A DNA stretch of 64,000 bases, taken from NCBI RefSeq assembly GCF_006345805.1, contig NC_043024.1, positions 14,384,001-14,448,000 of the forward strand, given 5' to 3'. The notes beneath the pieces are model-generated. The model saw nothing but the letters and a program-made list of their open reading frames with translations, was not told where the DNA came from and did not search any database. Of this stretch, positions 13,023-27,024 are shown piece after piece. The translations under genes were made by a program, and so were the position numbers. Every line of letters starts with the position of its first letter. Within the stretch, counting starts at the first letter, position 1. Source of the stretch: Octopus sinensis (taxonomy: Eukaryota).

Positions 13023-14210
13023 TCATCATCGTTTAATGTCCATTTTCCATGCTGGCATGGATTGGATTGTCTGACTGGCAACTGGGGACCCAGGAAGCTC
13101 CACCAGGTTCCAGTCCGATCTGGCAGTGTTTCTACTGCCGGATGCCCTTCCTAACAGCAATCACTCCGAGAGTGTAGTTGTTGCTTTTTATGTGCCACTA
13201 GCGCAGGAGGCTGGCAATGGCCACAATTGGTTGGTGCTTTTTACGTGTCACCGGCACGAAAGCCAGTCATATATGTATCTATATACAAAAATACATATAT
13301 TTATCTATATGGCTACATATGTATATATATATATATATACTCTTACTCTTTACTCTTTTACTTGTTTCAGTCATTTGACTGCGGCCATGCTGGAGCACAG
13401 CCTTCAATCGAGCAACTCGATCCTGGGACTTATTCTTTTTTAGCCCAGTACTTATTCTATCGGTCTCTTTTGCTGAACTGCTAAGTAACGGGGACATAAA
13501 CACACCAGCATCGGTTGTCAAGCAATGCCAGGGGGACAGACACACAAACACGTACACGCATATATATATACATATATATACGACGGGCTTCTTTCAGTTT
13601 CCGTCTACCAAATTCACTCACAAGGCTTTCGTCGGCCTGAGGCTGTAGTAGAAGACACTCGCCCAAGGTGCCACGCAGTGGGACTGAACCCGGAACCATG
13701 TGGTTGGTAAACAAGTTACTTACCACATAGCCACTCCTGCGATGATGATATATATATATATCATCATCATCATCATTTAACATCTGCTTTCCATGCTGGC
13801 ATGGGTTGGATGGTTTGACTGAGAACTGGTGAGCCAGATGGTTGCACCAGGCTCCAGTCTGATCTGATATATATATATATATATACATACACATATATAT
13901 ATATACTCTTTTACTCTTTTACTTGTTTCAGTCATTTGACTGTGGCCATGCTGGAGCACCGCCTTTAGTCGAGCAAATCGACCCTGGGACTTTGTAAGTG
14001 ACAGGGACGTAAACACACCAGCATCGGTTGTCAAGCAATGCTAGGGGGACAAACACAAACACACACATACATATATATACATATACATATATACGACAGG
14101 CTTCTTTCAGTTTCCGTCTACCCGGGGCTATAGCAGAAGACACTTGCCCAAGATGCCACGCAGTGGGACTGAACCCGGAACCATGTGGTTGGTTTGCAAG
14201 CTACTTATAT
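12580..14210 (-). mobile_element. Cluster of three SINE A copies (12580-12957, 13340-13741, 13905-14210) interleaved with RTE-tail elements
   Basis: Homology to family. Confidence 0.8.
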
Positions 14211-14488
14211 AAATTTTTTTGTAGAAGTTAAAAAATTCAGTCGTCAGTACCTGGCATCTGAAAACGAAATCCTGCTTACAGTGATTTATAAGGCTTTGAT
14301 GGGATTCATGTTTATATTAAGAATTCCTATAACAAAAAATTATAAAAACAATTAAAAGATAATAAAAATATAACTAAAATAATAAGACGTAAAATGTAAA
14401 TGAAGTGAGATATAAGAACATGGAGACCATGTATGCATGTGGAGATACATGTATTCATGGGAGAATAAATATAGTTCAGTAACATCAT

Positions 14489-14654
14489 AGGCGCAGGAGT
14501 GGCTGTGTGGTAAGTAGCTTGCTTACCAACCACATGGTTCCGAGTTCAGTCCCACTGCGTGGCATCTTGGGCAAGTGTCTTCTACTATAGCCCCGGGCCG
14601 ACCAATGCCATGTGAGTGGATTTGGTAGACGGAAACTGAAAGAAGCCTGTCGTA

Positions 14655-14710
<56 letters not shown>

Positions 14711-14914
14711 TGTGTGTGTCTGTGTTTGTCCCCCTAGTTTTGCTTGACAACTGATGCTGGTGTATTTACGTCCCCGTCACCTAGCGGTTCGGCAAAAGAG
14801 ACCGATAGAATAAGTACTGGGCTTACAAAGAATAAGTCCTGGGGTCGATTTGCTCGACTAAAGGCGGTGCTCCAGCATAGCCGCAGTCAAATGACTGAAA
14901 CAAGTAAAAGAGTA
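14489..14914 (+). mobile_element. SINE family A
   Basis: Full-length copy. Confidence 0.85.
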
Positions 14915-15486
14915 AGGTAAGTGTCGCTTAAAAGCCATCGAAAGTAAAAATCAGTTAAAAACCTAAAGCCCTTTCAGAAAATATTAAGGGGCTGTAGGAA
15001 CAGTCCATGTTCAAGTCCATTGAATAGTATTTCCTTCTTCAGGGTTTACTGTTTGTGGTAAGATTCAGTTCAAATTCTGCATAATTAATTCCTATATATA
15101 GAGGCAACAATTTAATAACTGCAGGTGTTACATAAAGAATATTTTCAGGATTAAATAAAAAGAAAACACACTTAAAATATGACATACCTGTGTGTATGTG
15201 TGTGCGTACATAAATATATACATTCAAAATGTGGCCGTGTGTGTACTGTTGGCGATTTTTTATCCTCTGTCTTCCCTTCTCTGAATCTTTCCTTCCCCTA
15301 TGTTTCTGACGAAGAGCTCCACTCGAAGTGTTAAACCCTCCTTTCCTTCTTTCCTGAGCGTCCAATAATAGTATATTTGTTCCATGTCCTCGTGTTGTTG
15401 TGTTTTTTTGTGCTTTCATGTTTGGATTAACTATATATATATATATATATATATATAAATATACATGTGTGTGTATATATATATAC

Positions 15487-15545
<59 letters not shown>

Positions 15546-15567
15546 ATATACATACATATATACACAT

Positions 15568-15872
15568 GTGGAGGTGCAATGGCCCAGTGGTTAGGGCAGC
15601 AGACTCACGGTCATAGGATCACGGTTTCGATTCCTAGACCGGGTGTTGTGAGTGTTTATTGAGCGAAAACACCTAAAGCTCCGCGAGGCTCCAGCCGGGG
15701 GTGGTGGTGATCCCTGCTGTACTCTTTCACCACAACTTTCACTCATTCTTCTGTTGGCCTGCTCGCTCAGCCAGCGGGGTGGCGTCATTTGAAGGCTAAA
15801 ACAATGCGAAGTGCGTTGTGACCAGTGATGTGTAGCAACATCTGATAGCCTGGTTGGTCAAAGTGATCACGG
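15568..15872 (+). mobile_element. SINE family C (alternative 3' body)
   Basis: Same head; body shared with 18736-19031 and 45894-46205. Confidence 0.8.
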
Positions 15873-16782
15873 TAATATATACACATACATATACATACAT
15901 ACATATATACATATATACACATATATATATATACATATATACATATATATACATATATACATATATACATACAATTGGCGTTAGGAAGGGCATCCAGCCG
16001 TAGAAACACTGCCAGATCTGACTGGGCCTGACAAAGCCTTCCAGCTTCACAGACCCCAGTTGAACCGCCAACCCATGCTAGCATGGAAAGCGGACGCTAA
16101 ATGATGATGATGATGATGATGATAATACACATACATACATATATATTTATATATAATTCGCAAAATGTGTAGTAAAGAAACATACCAAAATATACTAAAT
16201 ACACAAATGAACAGAAAACACAGAAAGTCACCGACTCCTTTTCAGTTATTGGCCAGAGGTTTGAGTGCAATTTTGGCCATTATCGGTAATGTTGTTCCAC
16301 TTTGGAGGCACCAGCCAGAGACTTGCCAGGAATGGGAACAAAGCATAACAAAACGAGACTGGCTCAAGACGAGACCGTTTGTACATGGATGAGGGACAAG
16401 ACGAGAAACAGAATAAAGGCTTAGGGCCACATGAAGACAAAAATTAGAATGACGATAATACATATACAGCCAAAAATGCCTTAGAGCTGCAAGACAAGAC
16501 AAAAATGAGTATACCTATATATAACGGGAAGGTTTACGAAAATAAAGAAAAGACGAAGGCAGGTGGAGTACAAACAAACAAATGTATTAGTATGGCGCTC
16601 AGGAATAGAAATAGAACAAGTCTTTTACGTTTCGAGCCTATGCTCTTCGACAGAAAGATACACAGAAAAAAACAAGGAGAGAAACAAAGAGAGAAAAAAA
16701 TGCATGTAGTAGCTAACGATCTATCATGGCGTCTTATATATATATGTGTATATGTGTCTGTGTATGTATTTATACAAGTTTC

Positions 16783-16813
<31 letters not shown>

Positions 16814-17341
16814 TATATATTATATATATATATATATACAAAATGAGAAAATGGAGAAATATATGTAAATCAATCATCAACCATCAGATAATACCCAATC
16901 AATACTTTATTAAACCATTACACAACAGCAATGACATTATACATAATATATTGCAAATATAACTAGACATGGAAATAGAAATAGAAAATACAATTACATC
17001 ATAGCTGACAGCTGTTTTGGCCATGAAGACAGGTATGTCCCATTTAACCTATTAGCCATATAAAGCAGGTATAAATGAGACATTAACAAGAATGTCTCAC
17101 GGCCTCTTCAGAGAATTTAATATAAGTGTGAAAAAAATTTACATATAAATATAAAAATATAAAATATAAAAATGTGTGCATAGACACTCATAATTCTACA
17201 CATATATATATACACATTAATACAATATAAACAAAATATATCAGTATACATTAACAAACACAATTATTTTCCATATTGAACTCATAGTTCTATAACCAAT
17301 AGCAAGGAAATACATGTACACTCACATTTAAATTTAAAGCA

Positions 17342-17380
<39 letters not shown>

Positions 17381-17977
17381 ATACACACACTCATAAAAGC
17401 AGAAGTATGTACGTGATGTATATATATATAAAACGCGCGTAGTCTTTTTACTACTATTTACAATTTATTGTACTTTATTGATTTTTAGAATAAGGTTTTT
17501 ATAGTATATGTTTTCTATATGGTGTGAATAACATCTTTCATTATTGAATTGTTTAATAGAGGCTTTTCTCTAAATTATATGTATATATTTTTTGTGTCGT
17601 TTATTTGAATGTTTTGCTTTCTTGTCCCATTTTGTATTTTTATATATATTTTTTATACATATATATATACACACACACACACATAAACACAGAAGCATCA
17701 ATGTAAAACAACAATATAATGAGATAGCATATTTCACTTTTTAGCCCATCAAGAGGAACAAAAGTTTAAAAACTAGTAAATAGTAAATGCAGGGTATTTT
17801 AAAGGCAAACACTATGTCATGTCAATAGTTTTAAATTACCACACCTGAGTAAAGTTACAGATTTCATGCAAAAAGAGTACAGAAAGGGGAGACGGGTGTA
17901 GATTGTGAGTCTGTGTGTATACAAAGATTTCTCTTCAAGATAATATATATTGCAAGTTCCATATTCTAACATTTCAG

Positions 17978-18010
17978 CGTCAACACCATACTCTGCATCA
18001 ATACCAACAG
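17978..18010 (+). CDS. Microexon 3 (33 nt, in-frame 9-nt shorter): (A)STPYSASIPT
   Basis: tttcAG|CGTCAAC...CCAACAG|GTcagt; length still a multiple of 3. Confidence 0.8.
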
Positions 18011-18704
18011 GTCAGTGGTTATATATTTATGTAATATAAACTAATCTACAATTTGTAATTCAAGATATATCATAATCATGATCACCATCATCATTTAGAG
18101 TCTGCTTTCCATGCTAGCATGGGTTAGACACTATCACAGAAACTAGTAAGCCAGAGAGGTGCAGCAATTTCCAGTTTAATTTGGCATGGTTTGAATGACT
18201 TTTTGCCATTCCTAATGCCAACCACTCCAAGAGTATAATGGGTGCTTTTACATGCCACTGGTATGGATTTTTTTATGCACCACAAGCATGGGTGCCACTG
18301 GCATCGGCCACGACTATAATTTCACTTGGCTTGACAAGTCTTCTCAAGGATGGCTTATGCCAAAGGTATCGGTCAAATCCCATTACTATTGTAAGACCAA
18401 ATGTTCAACTATCATGCTTCACCATCTCCTCCTATGTCTTCCTATGCCTAGCTCTTCTACAGGTTCCCTCCACAGTTAGAGATCCGCACTTCTTTACACA
18501 GCTGTATTCATCCATATGCATCACATGACCATACCACTACCGTCATCTCTCTTACACACCACATACAATGTCTCTTATGCCGAACTTTTCTGTCAAGATG
18601 CTTTTGGGATTGGCTCAAAACGAGACCATTAGTAGACGGATGAGGGACAAGTCAATAAACAGAATAAAGGATTAGGGCCACACAAAGGAAACAATTACAT
18701 TGAT

Positions 18705-18735
<31 letters not shown>

Positions 18736-18736
<1 letters not shown>

Positions 18737-19029
18737 CATGTGATCACGTGACCGACCAGTCCATCAGATGTAGTTACACATCGCTGGTCACAATGCATTC
18801 ACATTGTTTTAGCCTTCGAATGACGCCACCCCACTGGCTGAGCGAGCAGGCCAACAGAAGAAAGAGTGGTGAAAGAATACAGCGGGGATCACCACCATCC
18901 CCTGCCGGAGCCTTGTGGAGCTTTTAGGTGTTTTCGCGCAATAAACACTCACAACGCCCGGTCTGGGTATCGAAACCACGATCCTACGACCACGAGTCCG
19001 CTGCCCTAACCACTGGGCCATTGCGCCTC

Positions 19030-19031
<2 letters not shown>
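18736..19031 (-). mobile_element. SINE family C
   Basis: Homology to family. Confidence 0.8.
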
Positions 19032-19067
<36 letters not shown>

Positions 19068-19406
19068 ACAAAAAATGCCTTACCTGCATGACAAGACAAA
19101 AATGTTTATATACAAATGTGTGTGTGTGTGTCTGTCAGTCTCTTTGTGCGCATGTGTGTGCTTATGTATTTATACATGTATGTGTATATATGTATATATA
19201 CTCACACTCATAAAAGCAGGAGTACGATATACGTGGATAGTGTCATATTTCATTCTTTTGTAATTTATGATGAACAAAATCCTTAAAAAATTAACCAGAA
19301 AATGTTGCATGCAAGATATTTTAAAAGGCAAATCCTATCATGTGAATAGTTTTAAATTACCACATGTGAGAAAAGTTAGAGATTTCATGCAAAAGAGTAA
19401 AGAGTA

Positions 19407-19790
19407 ACCAACCTCATGGTTCTGGGTTCAGTCCCACTGCGTGGCATCTTGGGCAAGTGTCTTCTGCTATAGCCCCGAGCCGACCAATGCCTTGTGAGTG
19501 GATTTGGTAGATGGAAACTGAAAGAAGCCTGTCGTATATATGTATATATATATATGTGTGTGTGTGAGTGTGTGTATGTGTTTGTGTGTCTGTGTTTGTC
19601 CCCCTAGCATTGCTTGACAACCGATGCTGGTGTGTTTACGTCCCCGTCACTTAGCGATTTGGCAAAAGAGACCGATAGAATAAGTACTGGGCTTACAAAA
19701 AGAATAAGTCCCGGGGTCGATTTGCTTGACTAAAGGCGGTGCGCCAGCATGGCCGCAGTCAAATGAGTGAAACAAGTAAAAGAGTAAAGA
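19407..19790 (+). mobile_element. SINE family A, 5'-truncated, upstream of microexon 4
   Basis: Same insertion as 30897-31280. Confidence 0.85.
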
Positions 19791-19886
19791 GTGTATGTGC
19801 TTAGATTGTGAGTTTGTGTGGGTATTAAATGATTTCTCTTCAATATAATATATATATATTACAATTTCTGTATCCTAAAATTTCAG

Positions 19887-19928
19887 TATCGTCTGCAGTA
19901 CCTCCATATTCAGCATCTATACCGACAG
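19887..19928 (+). CDS. Microexon 4 (42 nt): (V)SSAVPPYSASIPT
   Basis: tttcAG|TATCGTC...CCGACAG|GTcagt. Confidence 0.85.
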
Positions 19929-20575
19929 GTCAGTGAATGTATTTATGTAATTTAAGCTTATATTTATTTTGTAAATGAAGACACATCATCATTTCATGTC
20001 TGCTTTCCATGGAGATACATTGGCTGAAACTGGTAAGCCGGAGAGGTGCAGCAAGTTCTAGTCACATTTGGCATTGTTGCAACGGCTGGATGCCCTTCCG
20101 AATGCTAACCACTTAGATGACATTGGCATTGGCCACGACTATTATTTCATATAGTTTGATGAGTATTCTCAAGGGTGGCAAAGCTCCAAAGATCTTGCTC
20201 CCATATCATTGCCTCTGTGGGACCTGTTGTGATTGGCTCATGGTTATGTTTGTATTTTGCATTTTGTTGGTTAATTGTTTTTTTTCATTAGGGGGTAATA
20301 ATGTTGTGATTTTTAGTTTTGATCACGTGATTTTGATTGAGTCGATTGCTGTTATATGCCTGCTGTGTGACTCTGCAGAGATCTATTCTGTTTGCAGACA
20401 ACTTGTTCAGCATTGAATTTAGTTAGTCGAGAACATGGCAACTCACTGGATAAGAATGTTATTGCGTTGAAGTTTGATTTTGCTTACAATTTAGCAATCT
20501 TTGTTTGTATTGTATATTGCTGTATTTTTAGTTGATTAAATTGTTATAAACCCAAACTCGAATATCAAAGTTTAA

Positions 20576-20796
20576 CCCTTTAGCATTTAAACCGGCCATA
20601 TCTGGCCAGAAGTATTCTACCTGTTCTATGGTCAAACTGGCCAGATCTGGTCTCTCACACGAACCCTACAATATCGTTTTAAAAATTAACAGCTACCTCA
20701 TCAAAATCTCAGAGTTACAAGATAATGCATGATTAGTTCAAAACAATGTGGATAAAAAAGGATTAATTTTGGCAGAATAATGCAAACACTAAAGGG
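20576..20796. mobile_element. piggyBac-like MITE
   Basis: TTAA|CCCTTTAG...CTAAAGGG|TTAA; degenerate relatives start near 55765 and 58594. Confidence 0.75.
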
Positions 20797-21209
20797 TTAA
20801 AAGGTTTCCCATACAGTCTCTCCAGAGTTTGAATTGCTTCTGAGTAATTCTCACATTCACTTATGAGTTCGTAAACGTCTTTATCTATGTGTGCTATTAA
20901 ACACCTAAGTTTGCTTTCATCCGTGTTAGGCGGTTCTGCAGGAAATGATTCTAAAAAATATTGATATTCAAGTTTGGGTTTTTAACAAGACCCAGTGTTC
21001 AAGGATTATGCTTCACCATCTCCTCCCAAGTCTTCCTGGGTCTGCCTCTTCCGCAGGTTTCCTTAACCATTAGAGACACACAATTCTTTACACAGCTGTC
21101 TTCATACGTATGCATCACAACACCATACCAGCACAGTCATGACTTTTACACACCACATACAATGTCCTTTATGCCCATCTCTTGTCTCAAGATGCTTACA
21201 TTCTGTTAT

Positions 21210-21593
21210 GTGGAGGCGCAATGGCCCAGTGGTTAGGACAGCGGACTCGCGGTCATAGGATCGTGGTTTCGATTCCTTGACCGGGTGTTGTGAGTGTTTA
21301 TTGAGCGAAAACACCTAAAGCTCCACGAGGCTCCGGCAGGGGATGGTGGTGATCCCTGCTGTACTCTTTCCCCACAACTTTCTCTCACTCTTACTTCTTG
21401 TTTCTGTTGTACCTGTATTTCAAGGGGCCGGCCTTGTCACTCTCTGTGTCACGCTGAATATCCCCGAGAACTACATTAAGGGTACACGTGTCTGTGGAGT
21501 GCTCAGCCACTTACACATTAATTTCACGAGCAGACTGTTCCGTTGATTTGGATCAACCAGAACCCTCGTTGTCGTAACCGACGGAGTGCTTCA
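21210..21593 (+). mobile_element. SINE family C
   Basis: TSD acattctgttat. Confidence 0.85.
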
Positions 21594-22213
21594 GACATTC
21601 TGTTATATATGCACACTGACATTGTACATCCAGCAAAGCATACAAGCTTCATTTCTTTCAAGCCTACACATGTCCTCAGTGGTTTCAGCTCATGTTTCAC
21701 TGCTATGTAGCTTGTAAACTGCTGTATAGTATGGCTGTTTGCATGTAGTAATCATACAGTCTAACTTTCAGTGCGAGGGAGAGTCTTTTGTTGCCACCAG
21801 AGGTAAAAGCTCTCTCAAATTTGCGCAGCCTTTTCTTATTCTCACAATTATGCTCTCAGAACAACCATGTCAACTACTAACATGTTCACCTTGATAACGG
21901 AAGCTATTTGTTACCTCTGGCTTACCACACTGGCAGTTGATGGGATATATTTTCTGTATCTTTTCTTTGTTTAGTATACCTGTGTACTTTCCACACACAA
22001 AAACTTTTTCCCTGTTAATTTTCCTTTGACATCAATATAATACTCTGATATATACACAAACATTAGTTCATTTTCCAATGAGGTAGAAAAGTTAGAGATT
22101 TCATACAAAAGAGTAAAGAAAGGAGAAATGTGCTTAGACTGTGTGTCTGTGTGTATACAAAGATTTCTCTTCAATATAATATGTATTTTAATTTCTATAT
22201 CCTAATATTTCAG

Positions 22214-22255
22214 CATCATCTGCAGTACCTCCATACTCTGCATCTATACCAACAG
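22214..22255 (+). CDS. Microexon 5 (42 nt): (A)SSAVPPYSASIPT
   Basis: tttcAG|CATCATC...CCAACAG|GTcagt. Confidence 0.85.
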
Positions 22256-22764
22256 GTCAGTGATTATATATTTATGTAATATAAACTTATGTATAATTTG
22301 TATATCAAGATATATCATAATTATGATCATCATCATTTAGTGTCTGCTTTCCATGCTGGCATGGGTTAGACACTTTCACTAAAACTGAACAGCCAGAGAG
22401 GTGCAGCAAATTCCAGTTGGATTTGGCATGGTTTCCATGGCTGCATGCCATTCCTAATGCCAAACACACCAAGAGTATAATGGATGCTTTTTACATGCCA
22501 TCGGCATTGATGGTTTTGTGTGCCACAAATATGAGTAGCAGTTACATGACATTGGCACCAGCCATGGCAATGATTTCTCTTACATTGACTTGATGTCTCA
22601 AGGATGGCACATCCACAAAGTTATTGGTCACTGTGAGACCCAATGTTCAACTATCACGCTCCAACATCTACATCGTGGGTCTACATCTTCCTCAGGTTCC
22701 CACCACAGTTAGAGATCCCCACTTCTTTATACAGCTGTACTCGTCCGTAAGCACTACATGACTA

Positions 22765-23790
22765 TCAGCATAGAGGAGCTCCCAGGGGCATCCTGTCTTG
22801 AATTCCTCTGTTATTGCCTGGATGACTATGATGAATAAAAGGGGCTGAGGACTAATTTTTGGTTGACCCCTACCCTTACCTGGAATTCTTCACTGTACTT
22901 GTTGCCAACCCTCACCTTACTGACAGCATCCCTGTACATGGCTTGCTCAGCTCTTACTAACCATTAATTGACCACCAGATAAGGCGATCGGGCGACCCCG
23001 TCAAAGGCTTTCTTGATGTCAATGAAATCCAGACACAGAGGTTTATCCTTGGCTAGGTATTTCTCCTGTAGCTGTCTTGCTAGAAATATAGCAACAGTGG
23101 TACTTTTCCCTGGTATGAACCCAAACTTCATCTCGTCTAGACTGACTCTCTCCCTAATTAGTTGGGCTATGACCTTCTCCGTGACCTTCATTACCTGAGC
23201 CAACAACTTGATACCTCTGTAATTACTTGTATCTAAAGCATCACCTTTACCTTTGTAGCAGTTGACTATGATGCTGCTACACCAGTCATTGGGTATGACT
23301 CCTTCATGTGTCACCTGGTTAACTATATGGGTGACCAGGCTACAGCCGACACCACCAGATATTTTGAGCATCTCTGAGGTGATTCCTGATGGACCAGGGG
23401 CTTTCCCTATCTTCATACCTTTAATTGCTTTATTTACCAAAGTAGCTGGCCCCTCTGTTGGGTTGGCATTTGGCAGATTTTGTTTCTCCCATTCATTCTC
23501 TTTATTTAGCAACCTTTCATAGTGGCATCTCCAAACCTCTCTCTTTGCAGCCTCATTTAACACAAGAGAGCCATTATCCATGCAGACACATTTCTCTCCT
23601 ACGACATCCCGATTCTCTCTCACACACTGTCTTGCAACACAAAATACCTCAAGTCATTGGTCCTCACGGTGCAGAACATTGGCAAATTTTTCCTTATCTA
23701 CTTCCCCTCTGGCTAAATAAATCTGTCTCCTACCTTCCCTTCTGGCATTCTGAAACAATTCCCTGCTACCACTGTTATCCCACGCTTAAT
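22765..23790 (-). mobile_element. RTE-clade LINE reverse transcriptase fragment
   Basis: ORF 22964-23623: KAPGPSGITSEMLK...YKGKGDALDTSNYRGIKLL...QEKYLAKDKPL...DIKKAFD. Confidence 0.9.
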
Positions 23791-24619
23791 AAATAAGCAC
23801 AGAAACATATACTGTATACAGAAACGAATAGAAAACACAGAATGTTACCAACTCCTCGTCTGTTGTCGGTCAGAGAGCTGAGATCAGTTTCAGTCATTAT
23901 CGATAATATTGCTTCCACTCTGGAGTTGCTGGTGTAAAGGAACTGGTTGTGTCTTTACACTGTTTGGGTGCAACACAATTTCCTTTCTTTTGTTTCCAGA
24001 AACTACCAGTTAGGAACAAGAACGCAACCTTAAAAATATATATGACTCTTTATTCTCTTATTTACAAAAGAAGGCACGTTGGTATATTGGTAACCACTTG
24101 GTTCGATATAGCAAGGCTGAAGTTTAACACTTGTAAGATAAACCTCACAACAAATTCAGCAGCAACAGAGTAGGTCATATCCCAAGCGTCTGGGACAGGA
24201 GAATAGGCTAACCACACGTTTAATACGTCTTCTCTCTTCAATAGCCGTGTCTCAAGTCACCAACGCTAACAAGGAACGCGATAGAATTTTCTTCCCCAGT
24301 CTCTAGCGCATGTGCATGAGGGAACTTCCTTAGGCCTTTCCAGAAGGTTCCAGCCCCGCACACGCACACTAAAGAATGACGTCCCACACACGCACACTGG
24401 AAAATGACGTCACTACACTGGCAAGAAACTTGGTGGTAATGGAACCAAATCATAACAGAATGCAACTGGCTTGAACTGGGACCATTAGTAGATGAATGAG
24501 GGACAAAACAATAAACAGAATAAGAGGTTAGAGCCATACGAAGACAACAATTAATATGATAATAATACATATACAGCAAAGAATGCCTTAGAGCTGCAAG
24601 ACAACAAAAATCTGTGTAT

Positions 24620-25045
24620 ACTCTACTCTTTACGCTTTTACTTGTTTCAGTCATTTGACTGCGGCCATGCTGGAGCACCACCTTTAGTCAAGCAAATCGA
24701 TGCCGGGACTTATTCTTTGTAAGCCCAGTACTTATCCTATCAGTCTCTTTTGCCGAACCGCTAAGTGACGGGGACATAAACACACCAGCATCGGTTGTCA
24801 AGCAATGCTAGGGGGACAAGCACAGACACACAAACACACACACATACATATATATACATATATATATATATATATACATATATACGACGGGCTTCTTTCA
24901 GTTTCTGTCTACCAAATCCACTCACAAGGCTTTGGTCGGCCCTAGGCTATAGCAGAAGACACTTGCCCAAGATGCCACACAGTGGGACTGAACCCGGAAC
25001 CATGTGGTTGGTAAGCAAGCTACTTACCACACAGCCACTCCTGCA
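24620..25045 (-). mobile_element. SINE family A
   Basis: Homology to family. Confidence 0.85.
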
Positions 25046-25428
25046 TCTATATATATATATATTTATATGTATGTGTGTGTGTGTGTGTCTGTGTGTATGC
25101 ATATGTAGATGTGTGTTTGTGTGTGTGTATGTATTTATACATATATGCATATACACACACTCATACAAGCAGGAGTATGATATACATGGATAGTGTCATA
25201 TTTCATTCTTTTGCCCTTTTTGATGAACAAAATCCTTGCATGTAAGATATTTTAAAAGGCAAATCCTGTCATGTGAATAGTTTTAAATTGCCACATGTGA
25301 GAAAAGTTTGAGATTTCATGCAAAAGAGTAAAGAAAGGGGAGATGTGCTTAGATTGTGTATTTGCATGTATAAAATGATTTCTATTCAATATAATATATA
25401 TTACAATTTCTGTATCCTAAAATTTCAG

Positions 25429-25470
25429 TATCGTCTGCAGTACCTCCATATTCAGCATCTATACCGACAG
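25429..25470 (+). CDS. Microexon 6 (42 nt): (V)SSAVPPYSASIPT
   Basis: tttcAG|TATCGTC...CCGACAG|GTcagt. Confidence 0.85.
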
Positions 25471-25718
25471 GTCAGTGAATGTATTTATGTAATATACACT
25501 TATGTTTATTTCTTAAATTAAGACACATCATCATCATCATCATCATTTAGCGTCTACTTTCCATGGAGGCACGGTTTAGACACTTTGACTGAAACTGGTA
25601 AGCCGGGGAGGTGCAGCAATTTTCAGTCGCATTTGATATTGCTGCTACGGCTGGATGCCCTTCCTAATGCCAACCACTTAGATGACATTGGCATCGGTCA
25701 CGACTATTATTTCATATA

Positions 25719-26530
25719 TATTTCTTTACTACCCACAAGGGGCTAAACACAGAGGGGACAAACAAGGATAGACAAAGGGATTAAGTCGATTACATCGACC
25801 CCAGTGCATAATTGGTACTTATTTAATCGACTCCGAAAGGATGAAAGACAAAGTTGACTTCGGCGGAATTTGAACTCGGAACGTAATGACAGAGGAAATA
25901 CGGCTACGCAGGTCGCTCGGCATGCTAACGTTTCTGCCAGCTCGCCGCCTTTTCATATAGTTTTACAAATCTTCTCAATGGTGGCATATCGCCAAAGGTC
26001 TTGCTCTTCCTCAGGTTTCCTTAACACACAATTCTTTATACAGCTGTCTTCATACGTATGCATCACAACACCATACCAGCTCAGTCATGTCTTTTACACA
26101 CTACAATGTCTCTTAGGTCCATCTTACACTCTGTCGTACATGCACACCGACGTTGCCCATCCAGCGAAGCATACTAACTTCGATTCTTTCAAGCCTACAT
26201 GTCCTCAGTGGTCTCAGCTCATGTTTCACTGCTGTGTAGCATGTACACTGCCATGTAGTATGGCTGCTGGAATGTAGTAATCCTACAGTCTGCCTTTCTT
26301 ATTCTTTATTGCCCACAAGGGGTTAAACATAGTGGCGACAAACAAGGACAGACAAAGGGATTAAATCGATTACATCGACCACAGTGTATAACTGGTACTT
26401 AATTTATTGACCTCGAAAGGATGAAAGGCAAAGTTGATCTTGTTGGAATTTGAACTCAGAATGTAACGGCAGACGAAATACCGCTAAGTGTTTCACCCAG
26501 TGTGCTAACGTTTCTGCCAGCTCGCTGCCT
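25719..26530 (-). mobile_element. Two SINE B monomers (25719-25949, ~26300-26530)
   Basis: Homology to family. Confidence 0.8.
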
Positions 26531-26989
26531 TTATAGTCTGCCTTCCAGTCTGAGGGAGAGTCTTCTGTAGGCAGCAGGGGTAAGGACTGTCTCAAATTTT
26601 ACCCAGCCTATTCTTATTCTTGAAGTTACATTCTGAGAAGACCCACGTCCACTACTAAGATGTTCACCTTGATAATGGATGCTATCTATTCCTTCTGATT
26701 TACCACACTGGGAGTTGATGGGATATATTTTCTGTACCTGTTCGGTGTTTAGTATACCTGAGTACTTTCCACACACCAAAACATTTATCCTTGTTAATCT
26801 TCCTTTGACATCGATATAATCCTCTGATATATACACAAAAATTAATTAATTTCCCAATGAGAAAGGCTGCGAGAGAAGACAATCAGAGTTTTATACATAT
26901 GAACTGTTCTAAACATATATTCAGCATATAACTGGTCTCTAACCCATGCCAACTTGGAAAGTAGACGTTAAAAGATGATGATGATGATG

Positions 26990-27024
<35 letters not shown>

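Noticed and set aside
21210-21290. tRNA genes at SINE heads
   Set aside because: tRNA-like A/B boxes run directly into SINE bodies; I could not form a complete cloverleaf with an acceptor stem.
25318-25521. Recurrent ORFs reading ...FQHHLQYLHTLHLYQQVS... (also 29085, 34385, 37121, 46858)
   Set aside because: These read through intron and microexon in phase 0. Synonymous-site pattern and the junction to exon 55466 favour the phase-1 S/T/P frame.
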